DNA of 63,167 bases, counting the filler. It is 11 parts of 11 records of this genome, joined end to end, with 100 filler letters (N's around TTAATTAATTAA, not from the genome) between each part and the next. Parts side by side here need not be neighbours in the genome. Positions count along the whole stretch, not along the records: positions 1 to 3,815 come from SRR15195285_1068; positions 3,916 to 7,601 come from SRR15195285_1070; positions 7,702 to 11,860 come from SRR15195285_1071; 8 more parts are not named here. One strand, given 5' to 3'. Shown piece by piece: positions 1 to 11,960 of the stretch. The notes under the pieces are model-generated. The model was given only the letters and a program-made list of their open reading frames with translations, ran no database searches and was not told the origin of the DNA. The stretch's first letter is position 1. Each line of letters starts with the position of its first letter. The translations under genes and the position numbers were made by a program.

Positions 1-30
1 TCCAAGAAGCCCCGCACCGATGACTCGGCG
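1..30. repeat. Perfect 30-bp inverted repeat, partner at 3786-3815 (the two ends of contig 1)
   Basis: TCCAAGAAGCCCCGCACCGATGACTCGGCG at 1-30 is the exact reverse complement of 3786-3815. Confidence 0.95.
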
Positions 31-65
31 CCTCTTTGTGGCTGTCCTTGTCGCACTATATTCAG

Positions 66-1073
66 TACCAGAGCGTTAAGCGTGACCACGCGACGATGTT
101 GAGCTTCGCACGTGCTTTCACGAACATGCTTGAGCGCCGCCGCAAGAGGGTGACGTACGCGTATTACGACGATACAGGGTCCGACCTCTGCCCACCGGGA
201 GGATTTCCTGTGGAGTATGTAAAGACAGACCGCCCCATGATGAGTCCTCGCAGCGCTGCAGTTTCATCGGGTGATGGTGAAAATGGCGAACGTTCTCTTT
301 ACAGCAGAGGCAAGCTCAGCGTGTTCGATAGTGGCATCAAGTTCATGCCTGCAGCAGGTATCGAAGGCGTCCACGATGACGCCACCGATGTATCCGACAT
401 CCTTGCTGTCAAACAGGAGATGGGGCAGCCTCCGCGTCTGGTTCTCACTCTCAACAGTGACAAGTTCATTACAATCGCCAGCCAGTCTGCACGATCAATC
501 AAGAAGAGCCTTGACAAAGTGATGGGCGCGTTCGCGGAGAGCGGTGGAGGTAGCAACCAAGGCTCATCCCGATCACAAGAACGTATGCCACAGCTCTTAC
601 CTTCGCTCGTATGTGTTCGTTAGAGCTCATTGCATGTGGGGCAGACCCGTACCATTGATTCTGCTGACTCCTCTTCAACCTTTTCCTATGGGCTTTCTGT
701 AACTTTCTGCCGCGTGCGCGTCGTAGCACAAACGCGCCGCGAATCATCTTACTTCGATGAGGAGCCGGAGCCAGCGAAAGCTGAAGATGCCCCTGCAGCT
801 CAGCAGGTGGCGCCGATGGACCCGGCCCAGATGCAGCAACTGATGCAGATGCAGATGCAGCAACAGATGATGATGATGAGCCAAATGCAGGATCCTCAGC
901 AGGTGCGTGTCTTCAGGAGGCTCAATACTCCTTTTCTGTGCACGTATGTGTAAGCCGTCGCGTGTGTTCTGCTGGTTGTGGCGCAGATGGCTGCCATGCA
1001 GCAGCAGTTGATGGCGCAGATGGCGGGCGGGGCCCAACCAGTAGTAGGGGCGGGGGGCAAAAAGAATGACTGA
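66..1073 (+). CDS. Hypothetical protein, 3' part, with Gln/Met-rich C-terminus
   Basis: ORF 36..623 joins 630..953 via GT-AG intron 583-726, then intron 903-986, and ends ...GAGGKKND* (TGA 1071-1073). The 5' end is missing; a possible acceptor TTCAG lies at 61-65. No family recognised. Confidence 0.6.
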
Positions 1074-1407
1074 GCGAATCGAGTCTTGGTCAAGTCGTGC
1101 AGTAGAAACCAAATCAAATGGTGTGTTCTTGGGAAGTCAGTCTCTTCATTTGCAAGCAGCACAGATGAGAATGAGCCGACCTAGATCCTTCTCTAACCCA
1201 CGAAAGCCTCCCATCACGCCCAGCACCACGCTGGACAGCTGTGTGCCGCACTGCAGCTGCACAGCGTAGTCATGCCCTTCTCAATGTCCCATATCCAAGC
1301 GCTCTCTCCCGCAGCCTCTTCAGCACAGGCCAGGGCCATGCAGCTGCTGTAGTCGAGGCTACCGTCTGTGCGTGTGCTGTGAGCTCTCCTGCTCCGCTCA
1401 ACTCATG

Positions 1408-3815
1408 CTAGTGGCGGTCGAACAGACCAGCTCCTTGGAATCCAGGGCCCATGCCCCCTGCACACCGAGAAAAAGGAGCAGGATTCAGCAGACAGCGTTG
1501 AAGCAACTGAAACCTACAGTGCACAGGATTGACGTACCATGTGGGGGCTGAGAAAGAATCTGTCCTGGCTGCTGCTGAACTGGCTGCTGAAAGCCCTGCT
1601 GCCCACCACGCTGCATCTGTTGCATCCGTTGTTGCTGTTGCATCTGCTGCCGTATCTGCTGTTGTTGTTGCATCTGTGCTGGAGTTGGTGATGCACCCCC
1701 CGAGTACGGAATGCCAGCACCAGGGAACCCTGCTGGCTGCTGCTGCTGCGGCTGCATCTGCATCTGCATCTGCTGAGCTGCATTCCCGCTGAACATCATC
1801 CTCTGCTGCTGCTGGTGAGCCGCCTGCTGCCGCTGCTGTTGCTGTTGCCGCTGAGCCGCCTGCTGCCGCTGCTGAGCAGCCGCCTGCTGCTGCCGCTGCT
1901 GAGCAGCTGCCTGCTGCTGCAGTTTCCGCTGCTGTGCAGCAGTTCCAGCACCTCGTCCTCCAGCTTGCTGTCCACCTTTTCGTCCCCCAGATGCAGAACT
2001 GAATGCTCCGCCGCGGCCACCCCCTCGCCCCGCCGTCGAGGAGGCATTTGCATTGCCTCGACCAGCCCCTCCGCCGGCCCCATTTTTATCTGAGTTGTTC
2101 TTCGATGTTTTATCTGCCTGCACCCAGCCACACTTCTCCATGAAATCAAAAAGTCGAGTCGCGCGAGGCTTCTCCATATCAAGCAGCGTTTTGATGCGAC
2201 TCTTCTTCACAGGTCCGCTGGCGCCCTCACGCAAGATCAGACCCTTGCAGACTAGGTATCTGCACATCAAACGCGACAATCCATTGGAGCGTACACCCAC
2301 GGGCTGTTCAGGAGGCAGTCGTGCGTGGAGAGATACGAAAGTACGAGTAGCGACGTACTGTGCAGGTGAGAGCTTCAGGATCTTGCACATCTCGGCTTCA
2401 TTTCTCGACAGTAGCTCGATCTTCTGGAACTGGAGCGAGACCGGAGGGGTGCTGTCGTGCGATTGACGAGGGCAAATACGCAAGCCAGACGAAAAGAGCA
2501 AACAAGGGCATGTTTGTCAGAAAATGTGCAGCTTGTGAAGAAAATGTAGCAGTAGTCCACCTGCAATAGGCGTCACTAGGAGGGGCACGCCGAGCATTCG
2601 GCGACGAGCGTACGTCTTCTTGACAGCACGTGGCGAGCTCGAGACCTGCTCGTCGGCCCCAGCACGCCGACCAAAGCCGTGCGTAGATCGATAGTGGCGC
2701 GAGCGCAGCTCATCTTGACGTGCCTTCAAATCGATCTCGTACTGCTCGATCTCTGCGTGAGTTCTAATACCTAACTGCCGGTAATTTTGTAGCGCTGCGA
2801 TCTTCTTTCGCAACTGCATCTCGGTGTTAAGCTCATTAATGAACTTGTCGTGCACTTCCTTACTCGAAAATCGCTGGAAGATGTCCAATTTTTTGTGCAG
2901 TTCCTTCTCCTCGCGCCCCCATTTGCGCTTATTGTCATCTTTGTTGCGCACAAGGAGGCCCTGCTGCAAGATAAAGTTCTTTCGCCGTTCCCGCTCATCC
3001 AGTCTGTGGTTGTAGATCTCAAGCACCTTCAGCTTCAATTGCACGTCTTCCATTGTATCCTGCGAACACACAGAACGATCGTTCTGTCAGGTGTGCGCTT
3101 CAAGGGGCTGCGGCAAGAATCGACATAGCACACTAGAAATGCTAGCACGGCTGTGGTGTGATTGGTGGCAGGGCCGCACATCCTCATTGAACTCCATGTC
3201 TCCGATGGACGTCTCGCACTCGTTGTACCACTCGTACTCGAACTCATTCCGTTTGGCGATGTAGCCGGCGCTCCCATGCATCTTCTCTTGATCGTTGATC
3301 GCACGTGCTTTGGTCATCTCCTTTGTTACCTCCTTTTTGCCACGCGGAGTCCCTGAGCCCTCGATGCCGCTGGCATCCTTCCACTCGTCCTCGGCCTTAA
3401 TCATTCGGTTGGTCATCGGCATCGGAGCCTTCTCCGAGCCGTCCAGGTATACCTGATAATAGTGGGCTTTGCAAGCAACCGCGTCCTTCGTGCCTAGGTG
3501 CTCCGAAATCGTTTTCCAGGACCCGTAGCCATAAATTTCCATCGCCTCTAGCAACCGCTCCTCCTCATCTGCCGACCAGCGCTCGGAGTAGACGGAGAAC
3601 TTTAGAGCTTCCGTGACACGGTACGGGTGGTCATTCTTGTGACCACCAAGCTCCACGCCGACGCTGAAGCACTCTGGACAGAGGTCGTAATCAAGGCAAA
3701 CCGCGCACTTGATGCGCACGACATTGGACAAATCCCTGCCGCAGTAGTTGCAGTTGAACTCTGCGGCTGCATAATCAGCGACAGTCGCCGAGTCATCGGT
3801 GCGGGGCTTCTTGGA
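1408..3815 (-). CDS. ADA2: Transcriptional adaptor ADA2 (SAGA subunit), 5'-partial
   Basis: ZZ finger (CNYC..RIKCAVCLDYDLCPECFSVG..H), SANT (WSADEEERLLEAMEIYGYGSW..C..HY), ADA2 middle region (RNEFEYEWYNECE..LKLKVLEIYNHRLDERERRK) and SWIRM (LLSRNEAEMC..LFDFMEKCGW). Introns 3060-3179, 2452-2613, 2260-2358 and 1458-1537 restore the frame; stop TAG at 1408-1410. Confidence 0.93.
1560..1935 (-). repeat. CAG-rich low-complexity tract encoding the polyQ/QA tail of ADA2
   Basis: Repeated (CTG)n and GCCGCTGCTG units on +, encoding QQRQQQAAA and QQMQ repeats. Confidence 0.9.
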
Positions 3816-3915
3816 NNNNNNNNNNNNNNNNNNNNNNNNNNNNNNNNNNNNNNNNNNNNTTAATTAATTAANNNNNNNNNNNNNNNNNNNNNNNNNNNNN
3901 NNNNNNNNNNNNNNN
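3816..3915. other. Artificial contig spacer (first of ten)
   Basis: N44-TTAATTAATTAA-N44, giving stops in all six frames. Others are at 7602-7701, 11861-11960, 25645-25744, 30507-30606, 39615-39714, 44690-44789, 49754-49853, 55317-55416 and 59964-60063. Confidence 0.99.
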
Positions 3916-4139
3916 GTCGCCCAGCTGAAAAAGCTTGTACAATTTCACTGTAGAACTGTAGTCAATGAGTCTGTCTGCTGAATTGTAGTGGTTGATTTCT
4001 TGTCCATACTTTCAACATGGCGCACTCCGGTGTCAGCCCACAATCATCTGGTCTACGAACTCCCAGGAGTACTATTCTTAAGTAGTGGAACGCATTGTAC
4101 ATTCGCCATTCCAATTCATTGTGCGAATCTCTTTGTGCA

Positions 4140-7100
4140 TCAGCTATTTTCAAATGTTTCAGTCTCGAGAGGATTACGGAAAGCCATCATGCCGTCGTCC
4201 GCTGTCGGGTCAACGCCAATGTCTTTTGTTCCGGTCCTCTTCTGCTTCTTCTTGTTCTTCTTCGTCCTTTTTTTGCCGGTCTCGGCGTGTTCTTGCTCTA
4301 TGTCCGCAGTTGGGCGCGTGGCACCATCCACAGCTGGGTCCGTAGAGCCATCGTCATCGATAACGGGGTTGGCGAAGATTTTGCCGCCAAACTCTTGCTC
4401 TCCGCTGTCACCGTGTTTGGGCTGCCGTCCGATCTTCTTGGTCCAGCTTGATTTGGCTGAGCCACCATGCTCATTTCTAGCTTTCTTGTCGCCGCGGGTT
4501 TCCGTGCGCCCTGGTTTGTCCACTTTGTCTGTGGCAGCAAGGGCGCGATTTGTTGCAACCAAAGCCCTCCCTTCAACAGAGTTGAGCCACAGCATAAGCT
4601 CGTCGAAATCGATGCCACCCTCCACACCCGTCACAATCTTCTTTATATCTGCGCGTGGCACCTTCCAGGTTGACTTAAGCTTCTGCCGAAGTTCGTTCGG
4701 GGTCAGCCACCGCACACCACTTATACCACTCGAAGCCAGCCGATCTTTCATGATGCGCTCACCGTCCGCACTCAAGTTCCACGATCCAACGATGTCGCGC
4801 AGCACGTGCTCCGGCTTTTTGCCCTCGTCTACCAGAGACAAAATCTTGTCAATGTCAGTGTCAACAAGCTTTGTGTCTTTGTGGTCCAGCTGCTCCAGAT
4901 ACTCGGTCGTGCACTCTCTGAGCTCGCTCATTGTGGTGACATGTACCTTCATGCACGCCTGGCCTGGTTCTGAAACGTCGTAATCTATGAGGGCCTGCTC
5001 AATGCCATCCATGTTGCGATAATCGTCGGAGTCGATCTCTCTGTAGATTCTTTGGACCTCCTTTTCGTCCACGTCCCACCCCATCTCATTGTTGAGGAAG
5101 TTTGTCAACTCGTCTTCTTGCAGTTCACCGAAACCATGTTCTTCATCCACCTTTGCGAAACGAACGCGGTTGGTCTGAGCAGTCTCCTTTTCACGGGACA
5201 CAAACCACACTCGCAAGGTGTTCCAATCTTCCTCCTCGATGCCAAACGTTTTTGTTAGCACTGTCTGCTCCTTTTCTTGCAGCTTTTTGAACGGTTTGGG
5301 AGACCAAAGATGATTGAGAGCAAACTCAAAGGTGCAATCAGTCTTGATGTGTTGCGTTTTGTCCATTGTCGTGAGGGCCTCGCGAATGTCGTACGCCTTT
5401 CGTTCGGCTCCTGGCCAGGTGCCTGCATCACGCAATTTGCCGTTTGGTTCCATCGTATCTGAGACTGTGTACAGCAGCCGCTGCGGTCCATCCTCATGGC
5501 ACACGTCATACATCATGTGCGCAGGTAGCACTTGCTGGTTCCACATAACGCTCCGCCGCCCACTCCTGATGCTCTCTAGTAGTTCCTGCATAGAGACAGA
5601 GATGTTGTCCTCGTCGATCTCGTCTGGCGCCAGCGCATCGTCGTCTGCTGCTTCGCCTCTTTCGGCAGTCTTTTTCTGTTCTTCGGCCTTTTTCTTGTCT
5701 TTTTTGATCAGATCTCTCTTTGCCTTAAGCATGAATCTCTTCGCGTCCGTATATATTGTCTCCGAGATCACCAATTCTTCCCAGCCAATATGAGCGGCGG
5801 CTGCAAGCACATCCTGATACACTTTCTTCTCTCCCTCCGATGGCTCTAGATCCAGAGACTGTCCATCACGTTGAAGCCACACCTGCTCGTCTCGCCAGGT
5901 TTTCTCTTTGACCTCTGGCTCGGCGAGGCCTTCCAGTTTGATTACCCATGCAATGACGTCATCTTTCTGGCCTTTGTTGAAGGCCTTCAAGGCTGCCAAC
6001 TCATCGTCTGAGAGCGTGTGGTCGCGCGAAGTCTGATCGACTATGTCCTTGAATTTCATTTCCCGGAGTTCTGCCTGTCGTACTTCCCTCGTCTGCGCTC
6101 GCGCATGTTCCTTGAAGGTGTGACCTTTGCCATCCATATGGACCATTAGCAAGTCTACATTGGTCTGATACCCAAGTTCCTTGGCCCCCTCGCGTGCATC
6201 TGGATCAATGTCAAGCCAGTTGCTGGACCACAGTTTCTTCATAGCTGCCTGCTCCTTCTTTTTGCGCTGCACGTTTTCATTCTCTAGCCGTCGCTTGTCC
6301 TCATCAGCATCTCTCATGCTACGACGCGCTCTAGCAACAGACTTCGATGAGGCTTTGGTTTTGTTCTCCATTTGGACACGCGCCTGAAGCAGCAGGCGTC
6401 TTGTTGTGCTGTCAAAGCCAGCGTCCACCGCTTTCACAGCGTCATCAACGAGTTTCACAAAATCGGCTTTGCCTTCGCCCTTATCAAACAAGTTGGTGTA
6501 TGACGACAGGTCCCTTGTGGCAGCTGTCTTCTTCGCACCCTTTTGGATATTTTCAGTCAAGAAGGTCCTGCATAGACAGTGGCGACAAGCGCACACACGG
6601 GTCAGGTCTATCTAGCCTAAGGAATAGCAACGCAGCCCAGAACAGCATGAGCGCATCGATTGTTACCAACACATCTCGCAGATCCGCAATAAAATGAAGG
6701 GTGCTACAAGTTATCTGCAACAAGCATGTTCATGCTAGGCAGAGTTGGCTGAATTACCATTCTGACGCGTCAATATCAACACTTAGCGCCACATCCATGA
6801 CATCATCATCGAGATTCTTCCACACAGTTTCGCCGTGGTCAGCTAGAATGTTCCATCGTGCCTTCATATCGGCGTCTTTGAGATTCCAAAGATGACGAGC
6901 AGCTGCGCGGATTTCGGCTACCTGTTCGACTCTCGCCTGTTCCTGCTTTTCGCGCTCGGGTAAGTCAAGATCCTTTTTCTTACGTGAAAACCTTTTGGAC
7001 TTCAGCTCTGCGGCTGTCTTCTCTACTTTCGACTTCTCGTCTTCCTCACACGTGTCAACTTCATGAATTTCACCTTTCTTATCAACGGGGCGGATGGATT

Positions 7101-7601
7101 CCCAGCGCTGCCTTGTTATGGGTGTATGTGTGCGTTTGTTCCAGGACGTTTTGTCGAACTTGAGCAGCATTGCCCGCTTTTGTTCCACTTCGGAAAGATC
7201 GGTCCACAGCTTATGATCAACGTCACCCATCCAGTCTCGCGGTCCAAGCATGAGGCCAAGAAGCGCGTTGTGGATCTGTGCCTGCATGGTAATTAGAGGG
7301 AAGAATTTCCCGACGAAGTGCTGCCCAAGCAGTGGAATCTCGGTCAGCAGGAACCCAAGAATCCCCCCACCTTCAAAGCCTTTGCGGAGAATTGGTAGGT
7401 TGCAACCGTATCGCTGTAGGGTCTTGTTGACTACCAGTAAAGCTTGCTTCCATGCTCGCTGCTCGTGGTTTTGTGGATCCTGTATCTGCGCCCATGTCGC
7501 TTCTGGACGTACCCATTCCTTCGCATCGTTTCTCAAGTGCCTATCTTTGATGTCCACACCCGAACCCTTTTCGACCAGGCAGCCCAATGTCTCCATTGCT
7601 C
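4140..7601 (-). CDS. Large hypothetical protein, 5'-partial, with coiled coils, degenerate EF-hands and Trp-anchored repeats
   Basis: ORFs 6754..7596 and 4140..6596 join in frame via intron 6568-6757 (GAATG|GTAATT...CAG|GACC). EF-like segments RFAKVDEEHGFGELQEDEL..IYREIDSDD and GGIDFDELMLW. Confidence 0.75.
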
Positions 7602-8340
7602 NNNNNNNNNNNNNNNNNNNNNNNNNNNNNNNNNNNNNNNNNNNNTTAATTAATTAANNNNNNNNNNNNNNNNNNNNNNNNNNNNNNNNNNNNNNNNNNN
7701 NTTCCAATTTTGCGCAGTCTGTACTGGAAAAACGTACTATCCCGTACTTTCTGTTCATTGTAACTCTCGGAGAGGTGCTGGTCAGTAGTATAACTCAGGG
7801 CGTCGCCAGGCTGTACTGATCAAGAATCGACCTGGGTTTGGCCATCGCATGGATGGGTCCTGCGCGACGACCAGCAGTAGCTACTATTCATGGTATTATT
7901 ATACTGATGCAACACTGAGGGTTTGCCCGTTTGCCGCGTTTGGGTCGAATTGAGAAATGGATTGTTTGGGTCGAAGGACGAAGGACTGGGTCATTTCAGC
8001 GCGGGAATCCCCTGTCGGGCGGGTGAATCGAGTGAAGCGAAGAACCGCCGCCCATGCGCCCAACGCCCGCGGGAACGCAGGGCAATCACACTACCGTGCA
8101 CGCCGGCCGCCGGGCACGCGCCCACGCAGCGCACGCACGCGGTCGCGGAGAGGCGCCGGCAGTCCGTCGTCCACACTGGCACGCGGGCGCGACTACTCTC
8201 TACTGGAGCGGACACGCGCGATGCAACGAAGTGCCTGGCCAGGCCTAGTGGGGAGATGAATGCGAGCTGAGACAGATATCGCTAGCTGAGTGTCGGCGGG
8301 TGGTGCGGCCATGAGCTAACGTGTGCCCGCTAGCTGCAAG

Positions 8341-10331
8341 ATGGGCAGCGAGGCCAGCGCTGCGACGCAGTGTGGCGTCGTCACGGCGAAGATCGACGCG
8401 GGCGAGGTGGAAGGGACGACATGGACAGTGCCTGCGCCTACCGGTACCGCGCCGGTCCATCGCTTCCTTGCGTTGCCGTACGCTGCGTCACCGACTGGGC
8501 CGCGGCGTTGGCGACCGCCGCATCCTGTCGAGTCCTGGGAGGGCGTGCGCAAGACTCCCAATAAGCTGCCAGTGTGCCCACAGGTCGGCGGCATGGGGAG
8601 GGCGTCGTTCGAGGGGTACACCAACGAGCAGACCGAAGACTGCCTGATGCTGAATGTGTTCACGCCCACGCTCGACCCAGCAGCCAAGCTTCCCGTATTG
8701 TTTTACATCCATGGTGGGTCTGGGAAGCACGGTACAGGCATGACTCCGCGGCTAGGCGGCGACACCCTAGCAGCCACCGGCGCTTGCTTCGTGAACATCA
8801 ATTACAGACTTGGCGTATTTGGATTCTGCGCTCACCCGGAGCTGGCTGCGGAGCACCCGCGCGGCTCATCGGGAAACTACGCCATACTGGACCAGATAGC
8901 TGCCCTCGAATGGGTGCAGCGTAACATCGTGAACTTCGGTGGAGACCCAGACAGAGTGACTATCTGGGGACTCTCCTCCGGCGCACAGTTTGTGTCGACC
9001 CTCGTTTGCTGCCCGCTTGCGACAGGGTTGTTTCACCGTGCAATGATACAGTCTTGCACAGATCTTGCAAATCTGCGCCATTGCAAAATCCGCAGCGACG
9101 TCTGGCTGAACAAATCGGCCGAGGTATGACGATTGCAACCAACATTGTCTATCGTGTGTGCTCGCATGCCTGCTCCTGCCTGCTCTGGAAACGCGGGGCA
9201 AACTGCTCAATCTGGCTGCTTTCCAACGTGTGGCTGTCCAAATTACTCAGGAGTGGGGTGTAGAGTACGGTGCACAAGAGCTTGGGTGTCCAGCAGGTCC
9301 TGGTCAGATTGAAGCGATGCGGCATATCGGCATTGAGAAGCTCCTTGCAACATCTGATACGGATAGCGCGACGGACTTTTACGAGAGCTGCATAGATGGC
9401 TACGTGAAGCGTTCTGGGACGGCTCAGCTTCTTGCTGCAGGCGAGTTCAATCATGTGCCACTCATGATCGGGTATACAGGAGACGACGGTCTTGGTTCGG
9501 ACGAGCTGGAGCACCACATGTACGAATTGGAAAACTTGTCAGCTTCGAAATACAAAGCCCTGATGACGCGGGAGTTTGGCGAAGAACACGTGGCAGCGGC
9601 GCTGAGCTTTTTCCCGGTCAGCGATGACGATGATGACGCAGCTGTAGACGTACAGCTCGCTGCTTTTTCTCGTCAGCTATGGTACGATGCCTCGTCTTGG
9701 ATCATGGCAAAGGCAATGACGGATCACTCTTGTCCTGCGTGGTTCTACATTTTTGACGAGAAGGTTCCCTCACGGGGTGGGAAATCGTCTTACCACGGAG
9801 CAGACGTGCCTTTCTGTAAGCTACGCACATATCACGTTTCATTTCGCTTGCAGACCTGGTCATGTGTCACCTTTGTCCGTGTGTTATGATTATCCGTGCT
9901 TTGACGCATTGTGAAACTTGTGTCTCGCAGGGCACGGATCGGATCCAGCGGCCTCTGCGACACCAGTGGGCAACGCAATGATCCGATACTTAGTACAGTT
10001 TGCTGCCAATGGAGATCCAAACCGGGGTGTGGCTGGTGCGTGCACAGCCTTCGCGATCCTCACAAGTCTACGCCTTGCGTCTCAGCTCTAACCCGCCGGT
10101 GCTGTTGTAGAGGGCCTGCCGGAGTGGCCCAAGTTCGTTCCCGGCAAGGTTGATGGAGCGCTGCAGCTGGGAGGACTTGGACCGGACACTGTCGCGTCAT
10201 ACGTACCGCTGCGACAGGAAGACAGAGCACTTTATACCTTCATGGATGAGCGATACTTCGGGGCGTCCGGACGCATGGGCAAAATTCTTGGACCTCTACC
10301 TGCCGCACCCGGGCCTCAGCCGGCAATGTGA
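8341..10331 (+). CDS. Carboxylesterase type B (alpha/beta hydrolase, pNB-esterase-like)
   Basis: FLALPYA..RWRPP, EDCLMLNV, HGGS oxyanion motif, NYRLGVFGF, DQIAALEWVQRNI..FGGDP, nucleophile GLSSG, His in YHGADVPF, and GDPN..WP tail. Introns 9124-9250, 9816-9930 and 10036-10110; stop TGA 10329-10331. Confidence 0.92.
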
Positions 10332-10539
10332 TGACGATTTCTGGCAACGATGCCGCGCGAGGCCTCATAATTGGCACGATTACCTAAGAATCTACTGGAG
10401 GCGTCGCAACGCGTTTGGTTCTAATTGATGGCTGCCCAGACTATACTGGGGGTAGCTCGAGACTCTAATCTATAAATCCACGATACATGTTTACACTCAT
10501 CGCATGCAAATCGTCGATAGTGGCAGCCGGGTTGGTCCT

Positions 10540-11286
10540 TCAGCCACGATCCGCTTTCGCCTTTGCACACATATCAAGGAAGTAGCCGTGAAAACGCGGG
10601 TCGTTTGTGAGCTCTGGGTGGAAGGCACAGCCCAGCAAATGGTCCTGCTTGACTGCTACGTGGACCTCCTCCGGCTCCGGTTGGTCTGGTCTTTGGTATG
10701 TCATTTTGCAAAGTGATTCACAGCCCTCACCGACCTCCAGAATGGCCGGGGCGCGGATGAACACGCCACGATACGGGTCCTCGCCCAGACACGGGGCCTC
10801 CAGATTTGCTTCGAAGGACGCAAGCTGTCTCCCAAAGAAGTTGCGGCTCGAGCAGACGCTCAGGCCACCAACGACTCCCTGGCCTCCTTGCTTGGTTGTG
10901 CCCGATGCAAGCTCGTTAGATAACAGTATCAGGCCTGCGCAGGTGCCCCAAGTCGGCATCTTCTTCTCCTGAACCCAGGCTGTAATGGCGTCAAGGATCC
11001 CAGAGTCTTTTGCGACCTGCTGCACCTTGTCACCGCCGCCGTGACCACCTGGCTTGGCGATGAGCACCATCGCTGTGCTCTCTCCGCCAGGAATGGCAAG
11101 GCCATCGCATCCCTCCATCTCGGCGGCTGTCCTCACCTCTCGCACCGCTCCCACTCCGAGCCGGCGGAACATCACCGAATGCTCCGCAAACGCACCCTGC
11201 AGCGCGAGGACGCCGACTGTAAGCTCCGCCCATTCGGCCTTGCCTTCCAGCGACCCCAGCGTCGTCTCAGCCACGAGGGAGTCCAT
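10540..11286 (-). CDS. PDX2: Pyridoxal 5'-phosphate synthase glutaminase subunit (Pdx2/SNO/PdxT)
   Basis: GVLALQGAFAEH, PGGEST, WGTCAGLILL, RNFFGRQLASFE, FIRAP and FHPEL motifs. The start is taken at ATG 11286 (MDSLVAE) and is uncertain. Confidence 0.93.
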   Translation of the reverse strand: MDSLVAETTLGSLEGKAEWAELTVGVLALQGAFAEHSVMFRRLGVGAVREVRTAAEMEGCDGLAIPGGESTAMVLIAKPGGHGGGDKVQQVAKDSGILDAITAWVQEKKMPTWGTCAGLILLSNELASGTTKQGGQGVVGGLSVCSSRNFFGRQLASFEANLEAPCLGEDPYRGVFIRAPAILEVGEGCESLCKMTYQRPDQPEPEEVHVAVKQDHLLGCAFHPELTNDPRFHGYFLDMCAKAKADRG

Positions 11287-11960
11287 CTCAGCCACACACA
11301 GGCACTGCTCACCCAGTGCAGCTGGCGACTGACACACTGCTACGCTGCCCCTTCCCCCCCTCCCACCCCAACACCCGAACACACACACGTTAGCGCAGCC
11401 CAGCGAGCTCCCGGCAGGGGACGAAGCGCGCCTCGCGTGCCAGCAGCCCGAACGTGTCGTTCGGGAGGCCACGTTCCTCCCGAGGTCGGTGCCAGCGCGC
11501 TGCTCCGTGCTCCGCTGAACGCAGTATTGCAAACTCACTGATGGATGCACCCCTCTGAGTCTGACCACCTCGAGTCGCTGCTTTTTGATGCGCATTGCTG
11601 CTGAAATTGGTGTTGAATTCTGACCCAGCCTCCAGGTGGCGTTGAAGACCCTGCAGGCAGCAGGCAGGATTCGGGCAAGGATGCGATGCGTTGAGAAGTG
11701 AGATCACCCGAATCACATTTCACAGGGAATTCCATCAATGTTTTGTGATGCGGGAGAAATACTCAAATGGTACAGAAATGCCAATACCGGTAGAACAGTC
11801 AATCGAGTAGATCTACCCACCCGCGCCCTCCGGCTTCGTTAAGGATTAATTCGAGTTTTCNNNNNNNNNNNNNNNNNNNNNNNNNNNNNNNNNNNNNNNN
11901 NNNNTTAATTAATTAANNNNNNNNNNNNNNNNNNNNNNNNNNNNNNNNNNNNNNNNNNNN

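Noticed and set aside
2260-2358. Apparent protein insertions in long ORFs (also 17114-17224, 40883-41005 and 46247-46345)
   Set aside because: These are stop-free introns with lengths divisible by three and good GT-AG ends; removing them restores conserved motifs. Four among several dozen introns is not evidently unusual.
3816-3915. Repeated TTAATTAATTAA motif flanked by Ns, ten copies
   Set aside because: Artificial six-frame-stop spacer used to concatenate contigs. It is not biological, and gene adjacency across it is meaningless.
11287-11595. About 100-aa in-frame extension upstream of PDX2 (possible PDX1 fusion)
   Set aside because: No PDX1 motifs are present and the composition looks like UTR or promoter DNA.
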